From positions 46,366-110,365 of the forward strand of contig JBAXQC010000001.1 of the NCBI GenBank assembly GCA_037131955.1: a DNA stretch of 64,000 nucleotides, given 5' to 3'. The notes below the pieces were generated by a model. It was not told the DNA's origin. It saw only the letters and a program-made list of their open reading frames with translations, and made no database searches. Origin of the DNA: Bacteroidota bacterium. GTDB taxonomy: Bacteria > Bacteroidota > Bacteroidia > UBA4408. A program made the translations under genes and the position numbers. Below, one piece after another: positions 1-10,837 of the stretch (position 1 is the stretch's first letter; each line of letters opens with the position of its first letter).

Positions 1-40
1 AAGAAAATCTGATTTATAACTTTGAGTTTTAAAGAAAAAA

Positions 41-778
41 ATGAAAAAACTTATCACGAGAAGTCTAGTTTTGTCCGCACTGCTGATTTCATTGTCATTT
101 TCAATTGCAGAGAATAAAACAGTCAAGTCTTTTATTCCAGAAAAATTTTCATATTGCGATGAATCAAAACAAGTTTCAATTGGAATAGATATCTCTCGCT
201 ATCAAAATGTTAACTTTAGTCTATTGGACTCCGGTATTAGTTTTATATTTTGCAAAGCAACTGAAGGCACTACGATAGTAGATAGAAAATTTTCAACACA
301 TTGGTCGCAGATTGGAGATAAATATTCTAAAGGTGCTTATCATTATTTTAGGCCATTGGTATCCGGTAAGGAGCAAGCAAAATTGTTTTTAAATACTGTC
401 AACTTCACTTCTGGTCACATGCTGCCAGTAATTGATGTGGAATTAGGGAGAGGATACAATTCAAAAAATTCAAAGATTTATGTTTCCAACCTCAAACAAA
501 TGATTAAGTACATTGAGGAGAAATTAGGTGTTAAACCTATTATTTATACAAACACACATTTTTGGAACCATCATTTTGCAGTTCATTTTAAAGATATGGT
601 AAAAGATTACCATTTATGGATTGCAGATTATAGAGATAGAGAAGAACCTAATATACCCGTAGGTTGGGAAAATTGGTCCATTTGGCAACACTCTTGCAAA
701 GGAAAACTCAAAGGTATTTCCAGTTCCGTTGATTTAAATGTTTGTAAAGTAGACATTACAAAATTATTAATTCCTTAA
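41..778 (+). CDS. GH25 family lysozyme/muramidase, secreted
   Basis: Signal peptide, GIDISRYQ, KATEG, GAYHYF, PVIDVE, PIIYT, WSIWQ and VDLN motifs of GH25. Confidence 0.9.
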   Translation: MKKLITRSLVLSALLISLSFSIAENKTVKSFIPEKFSYCDESKQVSIGIDISRYQNVNFSLLDSGISFIFCKATEGTTIVDRKFSTHWSQIGDKYSKGAYHYFRPLVSGKEQAKLFLNTVNFTSGHMLPVIDVELGRGYNSKNSKIYVSNLKQMIKYIEEKLGVKPIIYTNTHFWNHHFAVHFKDMVKDYHLWIADYRDREEPNIPVGWENWSIWQHSCKGKLKGISSSVDLNVCKVDITKLLIP

Positions 779-798
779 TTTCTATTCTACTAGTTTAA

Positions 799-1437
799 AT
801 GGAACAGATCCAAAATAAAAAAATATTGGTTCTTGCACCACACACAGACGATGGTGAGCTTGGCTGCGGCGGAACAATAGTAAGATTGCTAGAAGAAGGT
901 AACGAAGTATTTTACGCAGCTTTTTCCATATGCGAAGAATCAGTTCCCGAGGGATTCCCAAAAGATTCATTAGAGAAAGAAGTTAAACTTGCAACGGCTT
1001 CACTAGGAATAAAAAAAGAGAACCTAATTTTATTTAACTATCCAGTAAGAAAATTAAATAGTCGCAGACAAGATATTTTAGAACATATAATTGAAATGAG
1101 GTTAAATATTAACCCTGATGTAATTTTTATGCCTTGTTCTAATGCCTTGCACCAAGACCATAGAACTATTTACGAAGAAGGAATGAGGGCATTTAAATAC
1201 AAAACTATTTATGGTTACGACTTGCCATGGGACACCGTTGCATTTACCACAACTGCATTTTTTAAACTTACACAAGCTCAAATAAATAAAAAATGTATAG
1301 CCATGGAATTTTATGAAACTCAAAAGTTCAGAAAATTTGTTAATAAGGATTTCCTTATTGGTCTGGCAAGGGTTCGCGGCGTTCAAATTTCTGCAGAATA
1401 CGCCGAAGCATTCGAAATGCTGAGAATAATTCTTTGA
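799..1437 (+). CDS. PIG-L/LmbE family N-acetyl sugar deacetylase
   Basis: APHTDDGELGCGG and HQDH zinc motifs. Confidence 0.9.
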   Translation: MEQIQNKKILVLAPHTDDGELGCGGTIVRLLEEGNEVFYAAFSICEESVPEGFPKDSLEKEVKLATASLGIKKENLILFNYPVRKLNSRRQDILEHIIEMRLNINPDVIFMPCSNALHQDHRTIYEEGMRAFKYKTIYGYDLPWDTVAFTTTAFFKLTQAQINKKCIAMEFYETQKFRKFVNKDFLIGLARVRGVQISAEYAEAFEMLRIIL

Positions 1438-1515
1438 TTTTATCCTTAACATTTGTAAAAAAAACATCTACATTTATTTAATTGTATTATTGCAATAAAA
1501 TAAGTTAAATATAAA

Positions 1516-2799
1516 ATGAGCCAGCAAACTAAGAAAAAAATTCTTTTTGAGTTAGTTGCAAATTTTCCCTATTCCGTTGGAGAAACCTATTATGAAGATG
1601 AGATAAATGTTATTGAAAATTACCTTGATTCTATCTTTCTAGTAATAACAGATTACAACAAAAGAATCAAAGAAAAACCTTCAATTGAACTTAGTTCAAA
1701 AGTGGTAATATGTAATCCAAACACAGAAATTAATTTATTTAAAAAGTTTATTTCACTGCCACTATATTTCAACCCAATTGTATTAAATGAGTTTTTAGAT
1801 ATAAAAAACTTTCTTAAACAAAACATAAGTTTAATTTCAATAAAAACCTTGCTCGACTCCTATCTAAGAGCAAAAAGAGTTTATAATGCAATGGATAAAA
1901 TCATTTCCAAAATAGACTTCAAAAAAAATGATGTTTGGTTAAGAAGTTATTGGTGCACCGAATATATTTTGGCATTAATTTGGCTTAAAAAAAAATATCC
2001 TGTTATGGGTGTCTATTCTAAAATGCATGCTTGGGATATTTATTTTGAAAGGAACAAAGACAGCTATTTACCTTTTAGAAAGTATATTTACGATAATTGT
2101 GATAAGTTTTTTGTAATTTCTGATCAAGGAATTAATTATTTAAAGAATAAATTTCCAGAATATAATTTCTCTAAATTTTCTGTCTGTAGACTAGGAGTTC
2201 CTTGTGGTTTTTATAAAAAATCTAACAAGCAAAAAAATAAACTTATTTTGTTTTCATTGGCATTTATTTCTTTTGTAAAAAGATTAGAATTGATAATTGA
2301 AGCACTTGCATTAATAGAAGATTATGAAATAACCTGGGTACACATTGGCGATGGAAGGCAAAAAGATTTATCTGAAATTAAAAATTTTGCTGAAAACAAA
2401 CTGAAGAAAAAAAACAATATCGACTATAGATTTGAAGGTAAATTGAGTAAAACGCAGGTAATAAACTATCTTTCAAATACTAATTTAGACGTTTTAATAA
2501 ACACATCCCAAACAGAAGGACTACCTGTTTCTATGATGGAAGCCAGTTCTTTTGGTTATCCTATAATTGGAACAAATGTTGGCGGAGTAAGTGAAATATT
2601 GCACAACAATAAAAATGGCTTTTTGATGAACAAAAATCCAACCGCAAAAGAAATTGCTAACAACATCGAAAAATTTGCTGCAATGACCGAAGAAGATTTT
2701 GAATACTATAGAAAATCATCATTCAATAATTGGAAAAAGGATTTTGATGCCGAAATTAATTATACTCATCAATTAAAATTAATGAACGTAATACAATGA
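1516..2799 (+). CDS. Glycosyltransferase family 4
   Basis: EGLPVSMMEA...IIGTNVGG GT-B motif. Confidence 0.85.
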   Translation: MSQQTKKKILFELVANFPYSVGETYYEDEINVIENYLDSIFLVITDYNKRIKEKPSIELSSKVVICNPNTEINLFKKFISLPLYFNPIVLNEFLDIKNFLKQNISLISIKTLLDSYLRAKRVYNAMDKIISKIDFKKNDVWLRSYWCTEYILALIWLKKKYPVMGVYSKMHAWDIYFERNKDSYLPFRKYIYDNCDKFFVISDQGINYLKNKFPEYNFSKFSVCRLGVPCGFYKKSNKQKNKLILFSLAFISFVKRLELIIEALALIEDYEITWVHIGDGRQKDLSEIKNFAENKLKKKNNIDYRFEGKLSKTQVINYLSNTNLDVLINTSQTEGLPVSMMEASSFGYPIIGTNVGGVSEILHNNKNGFLMNKNPTAKEIANNIEKFAAMTEEDFEYYRKSSFNNWKKDFDAEINYTHQLKLMNVIQ

Positions 2800-3314
2800 A
2801 AGGAAAACTAACTCATTTAGTGAGCTTATCTATTGAACACCTGCCAATTGTAAGTAAATGGAATTTTGATCCAGAGGTGAATGAATTCTTTAGCGGTCGC
2901 TTTCCAAATAATTCTCAAGAACAAGAAATTTGGTTACAAAATCAATTAAATAAAGCCGATAAAAAAAAACTAATTATAATAGAAAATAGCACCAATTCAG
3001 CAATAGGAATGATTGGTATAATGAAAATTGACCATCTAAATAAAAACTGCGAAATTGGAATTACAATAGGAGAGAAAACTTTTTGGGGAAAAAATCATTC
3101 CCACGATGCCTTACATGTTTGTATAAATTTTCTATTTCATCAATTGCAAATGCACTGTGTTTATGCAACAGTTTTAAGCTCAAACCACAGAGCATTAAAA
3201 TTTTTTGCGAAAAATAATTTCGAGAATAACGGATTTTTAAGAGATGCTATCTTTAGAAATGGTAAGTTTGAAAATCTACAGTTTTTAAGCTTGATAAATA
3301 CAGATTACAAATGA
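2796..3314 (+). CDS. GNAT N-acetyltransferase (RimJ/RimL, PseH-like)
   Basis: CEIGITIGEKTFWGK and N-x-RA-x-KF motifs; ATGA overlap with the upstream gene. Confidence 0.8.
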   Translation: MKGKLTHLVSLSIEHLPIVSKWNFDPEVNEFFSGRFPNNSQEQEIWLQNQLNKADKKKLIIIENSTNSAIGMIGIMKIDHLNKNCEIGITIGEKTFWGKNHSHDALHVCINFLFHQLQMHCVYATVLSSNHRALKFFAKNNFENNGFLRDAIFRNGKFENLQFLSLINTDYK

Positions 3315-4006
3315 CATATGTTGCCATTCATCAGCCAAATTTTATACCTTGGATTGGATATTTTCATAAAATAAAACAAGTAGATCAATTTGTATTTTTA
3401 GACAATGTACAATACGTTAAACAAAGTCCTGCTTCAAGAAACTATATTAAAGATAAAAAAGGAGAAAAGTTTTTATTGGTACTTCCAATAAAAAAGAAAA
3501 ATTACACCACAAAAAATTATAACGAAATTGAGATAGATTATGCTCAAAATTGGCAAAAGAAGCACTTAAATAAAATAAAGGATTCATACTTTCACGCTCC
3601 CTCGTTTGAAGAAACTTTTAATTTTATAGATAATTTATATTCAATAAAATATGCAAATCTTGCGGAGCTAAACATTTATTTGATTAAAGAAATTTGCAAA
3701 CTAATTAACCTAAAAACTAATTTATTAATAAGCTCTTCGATAAACATAAATGCCAATGCAACAAAAAATCTGAGAAATATTGAAATTTGTAAGAATTTAA
3801 ATGCAACACACTATGTTTCGGGCATAGGTGCAAAAAAATACAATCAAGAAGAACTCTACAGTCAACATAAAATACAACTCACATATCAAAATTTTATGCC
3901 TGCTATTTATCCTCAAATTAATGGTAATTTTTTATCTAATCTTAGTATTTTAGATTATTTATTTAATGTTTCAAAAAGTGAATATGGTAAATTGTTTAAA
4001 CAATAA
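3311..4006 (+). CDS. WbqC family protein
   Basis: IHQPNFIPWIGYF...FVFLDNVQY start and NLSILDYLFN end. Confidence 0.9.
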   Translation: MTYVAIHQPNFIPWIGYFHKIKQVDQFVFLDNVQYVKQSPASRNYIKDKKGEKFLLVLPIKKKNYTTKNYNEIEIDYAQNWQKKHLNKIKDSYFHAPSFEETFNFIDNLYSIKYANLAELNIYLIKEICKLINLKTNLLISSSININANATKNLRNIEICKNLNATHYVSGIGAKKYNQEELYSQHKIQLTYQNFMPAIYPQINGNFLSNLSILDYLFNVSKSEYGKLFKQ

Positions 4007-4050
4007 TTCTTCAAATTTTTTTACCAAAAACTACATCTATCTAAAAAAAC

Positions 4051-4058
4051 TATATTTG
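4051..4058 (+). promoter_or_regulatory. Bacteroidota sigma-A -7 box (TATATTTG)
   Basis: Matches TAnnTTTG 17 nt upstream of the epimerase start. Confidence 0.5.
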
Positions 4059-4075
4059 CTAAATATAGATAAGAA

Positions 4076-5149
4076 GTGAAAAAAATAATTACTGTAGTTG
4101 GTGCAAGACCTCAGTTTATAAAGCTTGCTGCACTTTCGCCTCACATAAGAAAATATTTTACAGAAGTAATAGTTCACACAGGCCAACATTACGATTCTAA
4201 TTTATCTGATAATTTTTTTAAAGAACTTAATATTCCTCAACCTGATTATAACTTAGAAATAGGTTCCGGAACAGCTGGTTATCAGATTGGTAATATGATT
4301 TTAAAGTTAGAAGAAGTTTTTGTTAAGGAAAATCCGTGTTGCGTAATAGTATTTGGGGATACCAACAGCACTGCGGCTGCCTCCATTGTAGCAGCAAAAT
4401 TAAATATTAAACTAGCTCATATAGAAGCTGGATTAAGAGAATTTGACAAAAGTATTCCCGAAGAAACAAATAAACTAATAACAGATATTTTAACCGATTT
4501 TTATTTTTGCCCCACAGATACAGGTGTTTCTATTTTAAAAAGCATGGGAATAACTAATAACGTATTTAACGTTGGCGATGTAATGATTGACTTAATTGAG
4601 GAAAATAGAATTAGAATAGAGAGCGAAACAAAAATTTTAAGTGAGTTTAATTTAACAAAAAAAGATTATGTATTTGCAACTATACACAGAGCATCAAATA
4701 CTGATAACAGTGAGAATCTAAAAGAAATTTTAAATACTCTGTCTCAAATCAAACAAAAAATTGTTTTTCCAATTCATCCCAGAACATATTCAATTATTCA
4801 AAATTTAGGATTATCTGCAACTTTAAAATCAGATAATATAATAATCACAGAACCTTTGGGTTATTTTGATACACAAACATTGATACATTATGCTAAATTT
4901 ATTCTTACAGATTCTGGAGGGGTAACTAAAGAAGCATATTACCACAAAACACAGGCAATATTATTAGATAAGCAAACAGAATGGATAGAAACAGTAAATG
5001 AAGGATGGAATATTCAAGCAGGTCCCAGTGAAAAAAATATTTTAAATGCAATTCTGAGTTTAAAAATGCCAGAATCTCAATCATCTTTTTTAGGATCTGG
5101 CGATGCTTCAAAAAAAATTTCTTACATTTTACACGATAAGTTGTATTAA
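4076..5149 (+). CDS. wecB: UDP-N-acetylglucosamine 2-epimerase (non-hydrolysing)
   Basis: VGARPQFIK, HTGQHYD, GDTNST, HIEAGLR and TDSGG motifs; GTG start. Confidence 0.9.
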   Translation: MKKIITVVGARPQFIKLAALSPHIRKYFTEVIVHTGQHYDSNLSDNFFKELNIPQPDYNLEIGSGTAGYQIGNMILKLEEVFVKENPCCVIVFGDTNSTAAASIVAAKLNIKLAHIEAGLREFDKSIPEETNKLITDILTDFYFCPTDTGVSILKSMGITNNVFNVGDVMIDLIEENRIRIESETKILSEFNLTKKDYVFATIHRASNTDNSENLKEILNTLSQIKQKIVFPIHPRTYSIIQNLGLSATLKSDNIIITEPLGYFDTQTLIHYAKFILTDSGGVTKEAYYHKTQAILLDKQTEWIETVNEGWNIQAGPSEKNILNAILSLKMPESQSSFLGSGDASKKISYILHDKLY

Positions 5150-5155
5150 TAAATT

Positions 5156-6466
5156 ATGGAATTAAAAAAAGTAATAGTTCTTAGCTATTGGTTTCCTCCA
5201 TGCGAACTTACTGCGTCACAGCGTGCTTACAGCTGGGCACTGAATTTTAAAAAATTTGGATATCATCCTGTAATATTTACTAGGCATTGGGATAGAAAAA
5301 TAGAAAGTCCAAAAGATTTGCATTACAATGCCGGCAATAAAGTGGAACAAGAAGAATTCGATGGATATACAGTTATTAAAATTCCCTACAAACAAAATTT
5401 AAGGGATAAACTTTTTATCAGTGAGAAAAAGTTTCCATTCAAAAATATCATTCAAAAATTATTAACAATCACTGAATTAATCTTTCAGAATTTTTCTATA
5501 CGATTTATTCCATACGCAAATCAATATAAAATTTTAAAAGAGTATATTATAAAAAACAATGAAAATATTAGTGGATTATTGGTAACCGCTAATCCATTTA
5601 TTAATTTTAAATTAGCCTATCATTTAAACAAAGAAACACGTATTAAATGGATTGCAGATTACAGAGATGATTGGACAACTAGAGAATTTGGACAATGGTA
5701 TGAAAACATACCAGTTCTAAAATTTTTTGCAAGAAAATTAGAAACTTATTTTGAATACAAATGGCTGCAAACTGCAAGTATGTTTTTTTCTGTTTCTCCT
5801 AATTGTGTTCAAAAAATAAACAAATTAATAAAAATTAGAGGGGAAGTAATTTATAATGGCTTTGAGCCAAAAGATTTTGAAAAAAAAGAAAACTTTTTCC
5901 CAGATTTTACAATTTGTTATAATGGTACTTTATTGGATATTCAAGATTTAACCATTTTAAAAGAAGGATTAAAAATTCTAAATCTCAACTACAAAAATAA
6001 GATAAAAATAAAATTATTTTTTGCAGGAACTGGTTTCGACGACAATCAAAAAATTAGAGTTAAAGAAATATTTTCGGACCAATTAGAATTTATTGAAATC
6101 ACTAACAGATTGCCAAGAGAAGAAGTAATAAGAATTCAACAAAAATGCCACATACTACTATTAATAGCCTATAACAATGTTAAACCACTAGCGCCTTCTA
6201 AATTATTTGATTATATGGCTTTAAAAAAACCAGTTCTTTTATGCCCAAGTGATAACGATATAATGGAGGAAATGCTATTAAAAACCGGACAAATGATTTT
6301 AATATCAAAAACTGAAGAATTTGTGAATAAACTTTCCAGTATAATTGACGCATACCTTGTAACACACAAAATAGATTTCCAATTTAATCAAGACGAAGCT
6401 AACGTATATACAAGAGAAAATCAGGCTAAAAAACTTACACAGTTTATGGATGAGTATTTTAAATAA
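5156..6466 (+). CDS. Glycosyltransferase (GT4-like)
   Basis: YWFPP, WIADYRDDW, YNGF and PSKLFDYM motifs; resembles 53179..54486. Confidence 0.75.
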   Translation: MELKKVIVLSYWFPPCELTASQRAYSWALNFKKFGYHPVIFTRHWDRKIESPKDLHYNAGNKVEQEEFDGYTVIKIPYKQNLRDKLFISEKKFPFKNIIQKLLTITELIFQNFSIRFIPYANQYKILKEYIIKNNENISGLLVTANPFINFKLAYHLNKETRIKWIADYRDDWTTREFGQWYENIPVLKFFARKLETYFEYKWLQTASMFFSVSPNCVQKINKLIKIRGEVIYNGFEPKDFEKKENFFPDFTICYNGTLLDIQDLTILKEGLKILNLNYKNKIKIKLFFAGTGFDDNQKIRVKEIFSDQLEFIEITNRLPREEVIRIQQKCHILLLIAYNNVKPLAPSKLFDYMALKKPVLLCPSDNDIMEEMLLKTGQMILISKTEEFVNKLSSIIDAYLVTHKIDFQFNQDEANVYTRENQAKKLTQFMDEYFK

Positions 6467-6582
6467 ATAATTTAGAAATTATTGACGTTTAATCTTCTTG
6501 GTTAAAAACTATGTTGAAAAACAATATTTAAATTCACTGTTAACTTGGTTGCTTTACTTATGTTTGAAGAAACTAATCTAAT

Positions 6583-7908
6583 ATGGCCGACAAAATAAAA
6601 AAAATCTATGTTTTAGACACTTCCGTTATACTTTTTGACCATCAGGCAATGACAAGTTTTCAGGAAAATGATGTGGCAATTCCAATTACTGTTCTAGAAG
6701 AAGTTGATAGATTTAAAAAAGGTAACGATGTAATAAACTTCCAAGCAAGAGAATTTATTAGAATTTTAGATGAATTATCCAAGAAGAATTTGCTTATAGA
6801 TTGGATTCCTATAAACGGAAACAAAGGAAAACTAAAAATTTTAATGCATGAAAATAGCGACCCCGATGCAAATAAAATTTTTGGAGAAAATAAAGCTGAT
6901 CACAAAATAATAAATGCTGCCATAAGATTAAAATCAGAAAGAAAGGATGCAAGAGTAATTTTAGTTACAAAAGATATTAATCTTAGATTAAAAGCGAAAT
7001 CGCTGAATGTTCAGGCAGAAGATTTTGAAACAGGAAAGGTAAAAGATATTGAACACCTCTACAAAGGAAAATCAGAAATTACCAACATCAGCAGGAGAGC
7101 AATAGACAAACTTTATACAGAAGGATTTTGTTTGCCAAAAGATGTAAGAATTAAAGAAGCAATCTCCAATCATTATTACATTCTCTCTCATGATCAGGCA
7201 TCAGTTCTAGCCTTCTATAATCCACAAACTAAAAGAATAGAAAAAATACAAAGAGAAAATGTATTTGGAATTAAACCTAGAAATGCTGAGCAAAGTTTTG
7301 CTATTCATGCAATTTTAAATCCCGAAGTAAAACTAGTTTCTATTCAAGGAACTGCAGGAACAGGAAAAACACTTATTGCACTTGCTGGAGCAATTGCTCA
7401 AAAACAAAATTTTCACCAAATTTATTTAGCTCGACCAATCGTTCCTTTAAGCAACAAAGACATTGGATTCTTACCTGGTGATATAAAAGCAAAAATAAAT
7501 CCATACATGGAGCCTCTGTGGGACAATTTAAAATTGATTCAAAGTCAATTTAAAGAAACCGATAAAGATTTTATCAAAATAAAAGAAATGGTAGAGAAAG
7601 AAAAACTTCACATTGTTCCACTTGCATATATTAGAGGAAGAAGTTTAGCAAATATCTGTTTTATTGTTGATGAAGCTCAAAATTTAACTCCGCACGAAAT
7701 AAAGACAGTTATAACCAGAGCAGGAGAAAATACTAAAATAATTTTTACTGGTGATATTTTTCAAATTGATACGCCTTATCTTGATACACATTCTAATGGT
7801 TTGAGTTACTTAATAGATAAAATGAAAAATCATCCCCTCTACTCACATATAACTTTGGAAAAAGGAGAACGAAGCGAACTTGCAAATGCGGCAAGCAAAT
7901 TACTATAA
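6583..7908 (+). CDS. PhoH2-type PIN + PhoH ATPase
   Basis: N-terminal VLDTSV PIN domain; Walker A GTAGTGKT; RGRSL and DEAQN. Confidence 0.92.
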   Translation: MADKIKKIYVLDTSVILFDHQAMTSFQENDVAIPITVLEEVDRFKKGNDVINFQAREFIRILDELSKKNLLIDWIPINGNKGKLKILMHENSDPDANKIFGENKADHKIINAAIRLKSERKDARVILVTKDINLRLKAKSLNVQAEDFETGKVKDIEHLYKGKSEITNISRRAIDKLYTEGFCLPKDVRIKEAISNHYYILSHDQASVLAFYNPQTKRIEKIQRENVFGIKPRNAEQSFAIHAILNPEVKLVSIQGTAGTGKTLIALAGAIAQKQNFHQIYLARPIVPLSNKDIGFLPGDIKAKINPYMEPLWDNLKLIQSQFKETDKDFIKIKEMVEKEKLHIVPLAYIRGRSLANICFIVDEAQNLTPHEIKTVITRAGENTKIIFTGDIFQIDTPYLDTHSNGLSYLIDKMKNHPLYSHITLEKGERSELANAASKLL

Positions 7909-7918
7909 TTTCTTTTGA

Positions 7919-9130
7919 GTGAAAATTCTTCAAATTTGCAATAAGCCTCCATTCCCCTCTGTGGATGGAGGTACAATGGCCATGCAAAATTTGAGTGAAG
8001 CCTTATCCTTACAAAAGCATCAAGTAAAAATAATTGCATTAAATACTCCAAAACACTTTTCCAGAATTGAAAATATTGATAAAGAAATTCGAGAAAAATT
8101 CTCTTTAGAATATTTTTTTATTGATACAAAAATCACCTTTTTTAATACCTTATTCAATCTATTTACATCAAAATCTTTTCATGCTTCTAGATTCTATAAC
8201 AATGAAATTGCTGAGCAAATAAACTTAATCATTAAAAATGAAAAATTTGATGCGGTAATTCTAGATAGTGTATTTTGTGGAGTATATCTAAAATCAATAA
8301 AAGATATATTTAAGGGAAAGATAGTCTTAAGAGCACATAACATTGAATATAAATTATGGCATAGAATTAAAAACCAAGAGACAAATAAACTAAAAAAAAT
8401 ATACCTCAGTATTCAAATTAGTAGATTAGAGACATTTGAAAAAAATGTTGTTAATGAATCGGATGCAATTATAGCTATTACAAAAGATGACAAAGATTAC
8501 TTGCAAGAAAATTTTAATAAAAAAAATGTTTTTATTCTCCCATATTCTGTAAAAAGAATATTTACTTCGAACTCGCCCAAAAACAAAACATTAAACTTTT
8601 ACCATTTAGGCTCTATGGATTGGTTGCCAAATTTAAATGGACTTCAATGGTTTTTATCCAATGTTTGGAAAAAGTTTTTTATCAATAATACTACTATGTT
8701 TTTTAGAATGGCAGGAAGAAACATGCCAGAACAATTAATACAACAGAGCGAGAGAAATTTATTTATAGAGGGTGAAATATCAAAAGCAGAAAATTTTGTA
8801 AATTCTTGCGATGTAATGATTTGTCCACTATTTTCGGGAGGAGGAATAAGGATAAAAATTATTGAAGCACTTTCTTATGGCAAACCAATTATTGCAACAA
8901 AAATTGCTGCAGAAGGAATACCTTATCAAAATTACTCTCCAAGCCCTATTATCATTGCAGAAAATGAAAATGATTTTATCGAATCAATAAATAATTTTAA
9001 AGATTTAAATTTCTATTCATCAAGATCCTTAATGGCAATAAAATTAATTGAAGATAATTTTTTACTTGAGCCATTGTCAAAAAATTTAAGCGATTTTCTT
9101 ACCTTTGAAGTTAATAAATTAAGTAATTGA
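7919..9130 (+). CDS. Glycosyltransferase family 4
   Basis: PPFPSVDGG, HNIEY, GSMDWLPN and GGIRIKIIEA motifs. Confidence 0.85.
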   Translation: MKILQICNKPPFPSVDGGTMAMQNLSEALSLQKHQVKIIALNTPKHFSRIENIDKEIREKFSLEYFFIDTKITFFNTLFNLFTSKSFHASRFYNNEIAEQINLIIKNEKFDAVILDSVFCGVYLKSIKDIFKGKIVLRAHNIEYKLWHRIKNQETNKLKKIYLSIQISRLETFEKNVVNESDAIIAITKDDKDYLQENFNKKNVFILPYSVKRIFTSNSPKNKTLNFYHLGSMDWLPNLNGLQWFLSNVWKKFFINNTTMFFRMAGRNMPEQLIQQSERNLFIEGEISKAENFVNSCDVMICPLFSGGGIRIKIIEALSYGKPIIATKIAAEGIPYQNYSPSPIIIAENENDFIESINNFKDLNFYSSRSLMAIKLIEDNFLLEPLSKNLSDFLTFEVNKLSN

Positions 9131-10293
9131 AAATTTTATTTATTTCTTCAAGAGTGCCATTTCCACTTGATAAAGGTGATAAATTAAGGGCATATCATTT
9201 TATAAAACAATTAAATAAAAACCATGAGGTACTTTTGTTTTGTTTAAGCGAAGAGAAAATTAGTGAATTACAAACGCTTGAACTAAAAAAAATTGCATCA
9301 AAAGTTTACATTTTCCACCTTTCAAAAGCTAATATATTATTTAACTTATTTAAAGCCTTATTTAGCGGAAAACCGTTTCAGGTTGGGTACTTTTTTAGTG
9401 GAAATGCAAAGAGAGAAATTGAAATTTTAAACAGTATCCACCAACCCCAAGCAGTGTTTTGTCAGTTGATAAGAACAGCAGAGTATGCCCAAAATATTAA
9501 TCCTCAACTAAAATTAATTGATATAATGGATGCTTTATCAAAAGGAATTGAAAGAAGAATTCCAAATGAGAAATTTCTATTTAGACAAGTTTTAAAGTTA
9601 GAATTATGGAGATTAAAAAAATATGAAAACAATATCTCCTCAAAATTTGATAAATCATTTATTATTTCTCAACAAGATTTTAGCTATTTACCAAAATCTT
9701 TGCAAAATAATTGCAGTGTAATTGCCAATGGAGTTGATTACGATTTTTTTTATCCGTCAAAAAATAATTCAAAGAAGTATGATATAATTTTTGCCGGAAA
9801 TATGGCTTATCCGCCTAATGTTTTTGCAGTAAATTTTTTAGTAAAAGAAATTCTACCACTATTAAAAACTAGTTTCCCCAATATAAAATTACTAATTGCA
9901 GGTACCAATCCAACCTTGGATGTTTTAAATTTAAAATCAGAAAATACAGAGGTCTCAGGATGGATTGAGGATATAAGAGAAGCATATGATTCTTCTAAAA
10001 TATTTGTTGCGCCAATGTTAACAGGTTCTGGATTACAAAATAAAATTTTAGAATCTATGGCAATGCAACTGCCCTGCATTACAAGCCCCCTAGCGGCAAA
10101 AGCATTAACAAATATATCCAAAAACGTACCATTTATTTGCGAAAATCCAAATGAATATGTAAGTGTAATAAGTAATTTACTATTAGATGATGAACAACGT
10201 GTAAGGATTGGCGAACAAGGAAGAGAATATGTAATAAAATACTACAATTGGAGCAATATTGCTAAACAATTAGAATTCAATTTAAATGATTAA
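9127..10293 (+). CDS. Glycosyltransferase family 4
   Basis: PFPLDKGDKLR, GNMAYPPN and GSGLQNKILESMA motifs. Confidence 0.85.
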   Translation: MKILFISSRVPFPLDKGDKLRAYHFIKQLNKNHEVLLFCLSEEKISELQTLELKKIASKVYIFHLSKANILFNLFKALFSGKPFQVGYFFSGNAKREIEILNSIHQPQAVFCQLIRTAEYAQNINPQLKLIDIMDALSKGIERRIPNEKFLFRQVLKLELWRLKKYENNISSKFDKSFIISQQDFSYLPKSLQNNCSVIANGVDYDFFYPSKNNSKKYDIIFAGNMAYPPNVFAVNFLVKEILPLLKTSFPNIKLLIAGTNPTLDVLNLKSENTEVSGWIEDIREAYDSSKIFVAPMLTGSGLQNKILESMAMQLPCITSPLAAKALTNISKNVPFICENPNEYVSVISNLLLDDEQRVRIGEQGREYVIKYYNWSNIAKQLEFNLND

Positions 10294-10834
10294 AATAATA
10301 AGTGCCCCAACAAAGAATAACTGTATGGAGATTGGATTTGTGAAAAAAAAGTTCTCACATCAAGGTAAATTTATTCTACAGCTTAATAGTCCATTGTTTG
10401 AATTGAAAAGTTCCACTGAATTTGTTTTCTTTGAATATGAAAATTGTTTAATACCCTATAAAATAGTTGAACTAATTCAGAAAAACGATTTAGAATTTTT
10501 AGTACAATTAAAAAATATTGATAGCGAAAACGATTTAATACCATTTTTAGAAAGTGAAGTGTGGATAGAGAAAACAAAAATTAAAAAACTTAAAAACAAA
10601 GAATTTGATATAAGTCAACTTATTGGATTTTCTGTATTCGATAAAAACGCAGGTTTAATTGGAGTGTTAAATGAAATTCAAGAAAATAAATTTCAGCAAT
10701 TATTGAAAATTAAAAACTCGCAAAACAGAGAAATTCTTATTCCATTTGTTGAAGAATTTATAATTGAAATAAACTCAAAAAATAGATTAATTGAACTTGA
10801 TTTACCAGCAGGATTACTAGAAATGAATGATTAA
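10286..10834 (+). CDS. rimM: Ribosome maturation factor RimM
   Basis: IGFVKK...G start and EILIPFVEEFI...IELDLPAGLL PRC-barrel end; the true start may be slightly downstream. Confidence 0.8.
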   Translation: MIKIISAPTKNNCMEIGFVKKKFSHQGKFILQLNSPLFELKSSTEFVFFEYENCLIPYKIVELIQKNDLEFLVQLKNIDSENDLIPFLESEVWIEKTKIKKLKNKEFDISQLIGFSVFDKNAGLIGVLNEIQENKFQQLLKIKNSQNREILIPFVEEFIIEINSKNRLIELDLPAGLLEMND

Positions 10835-10837
10835 AAA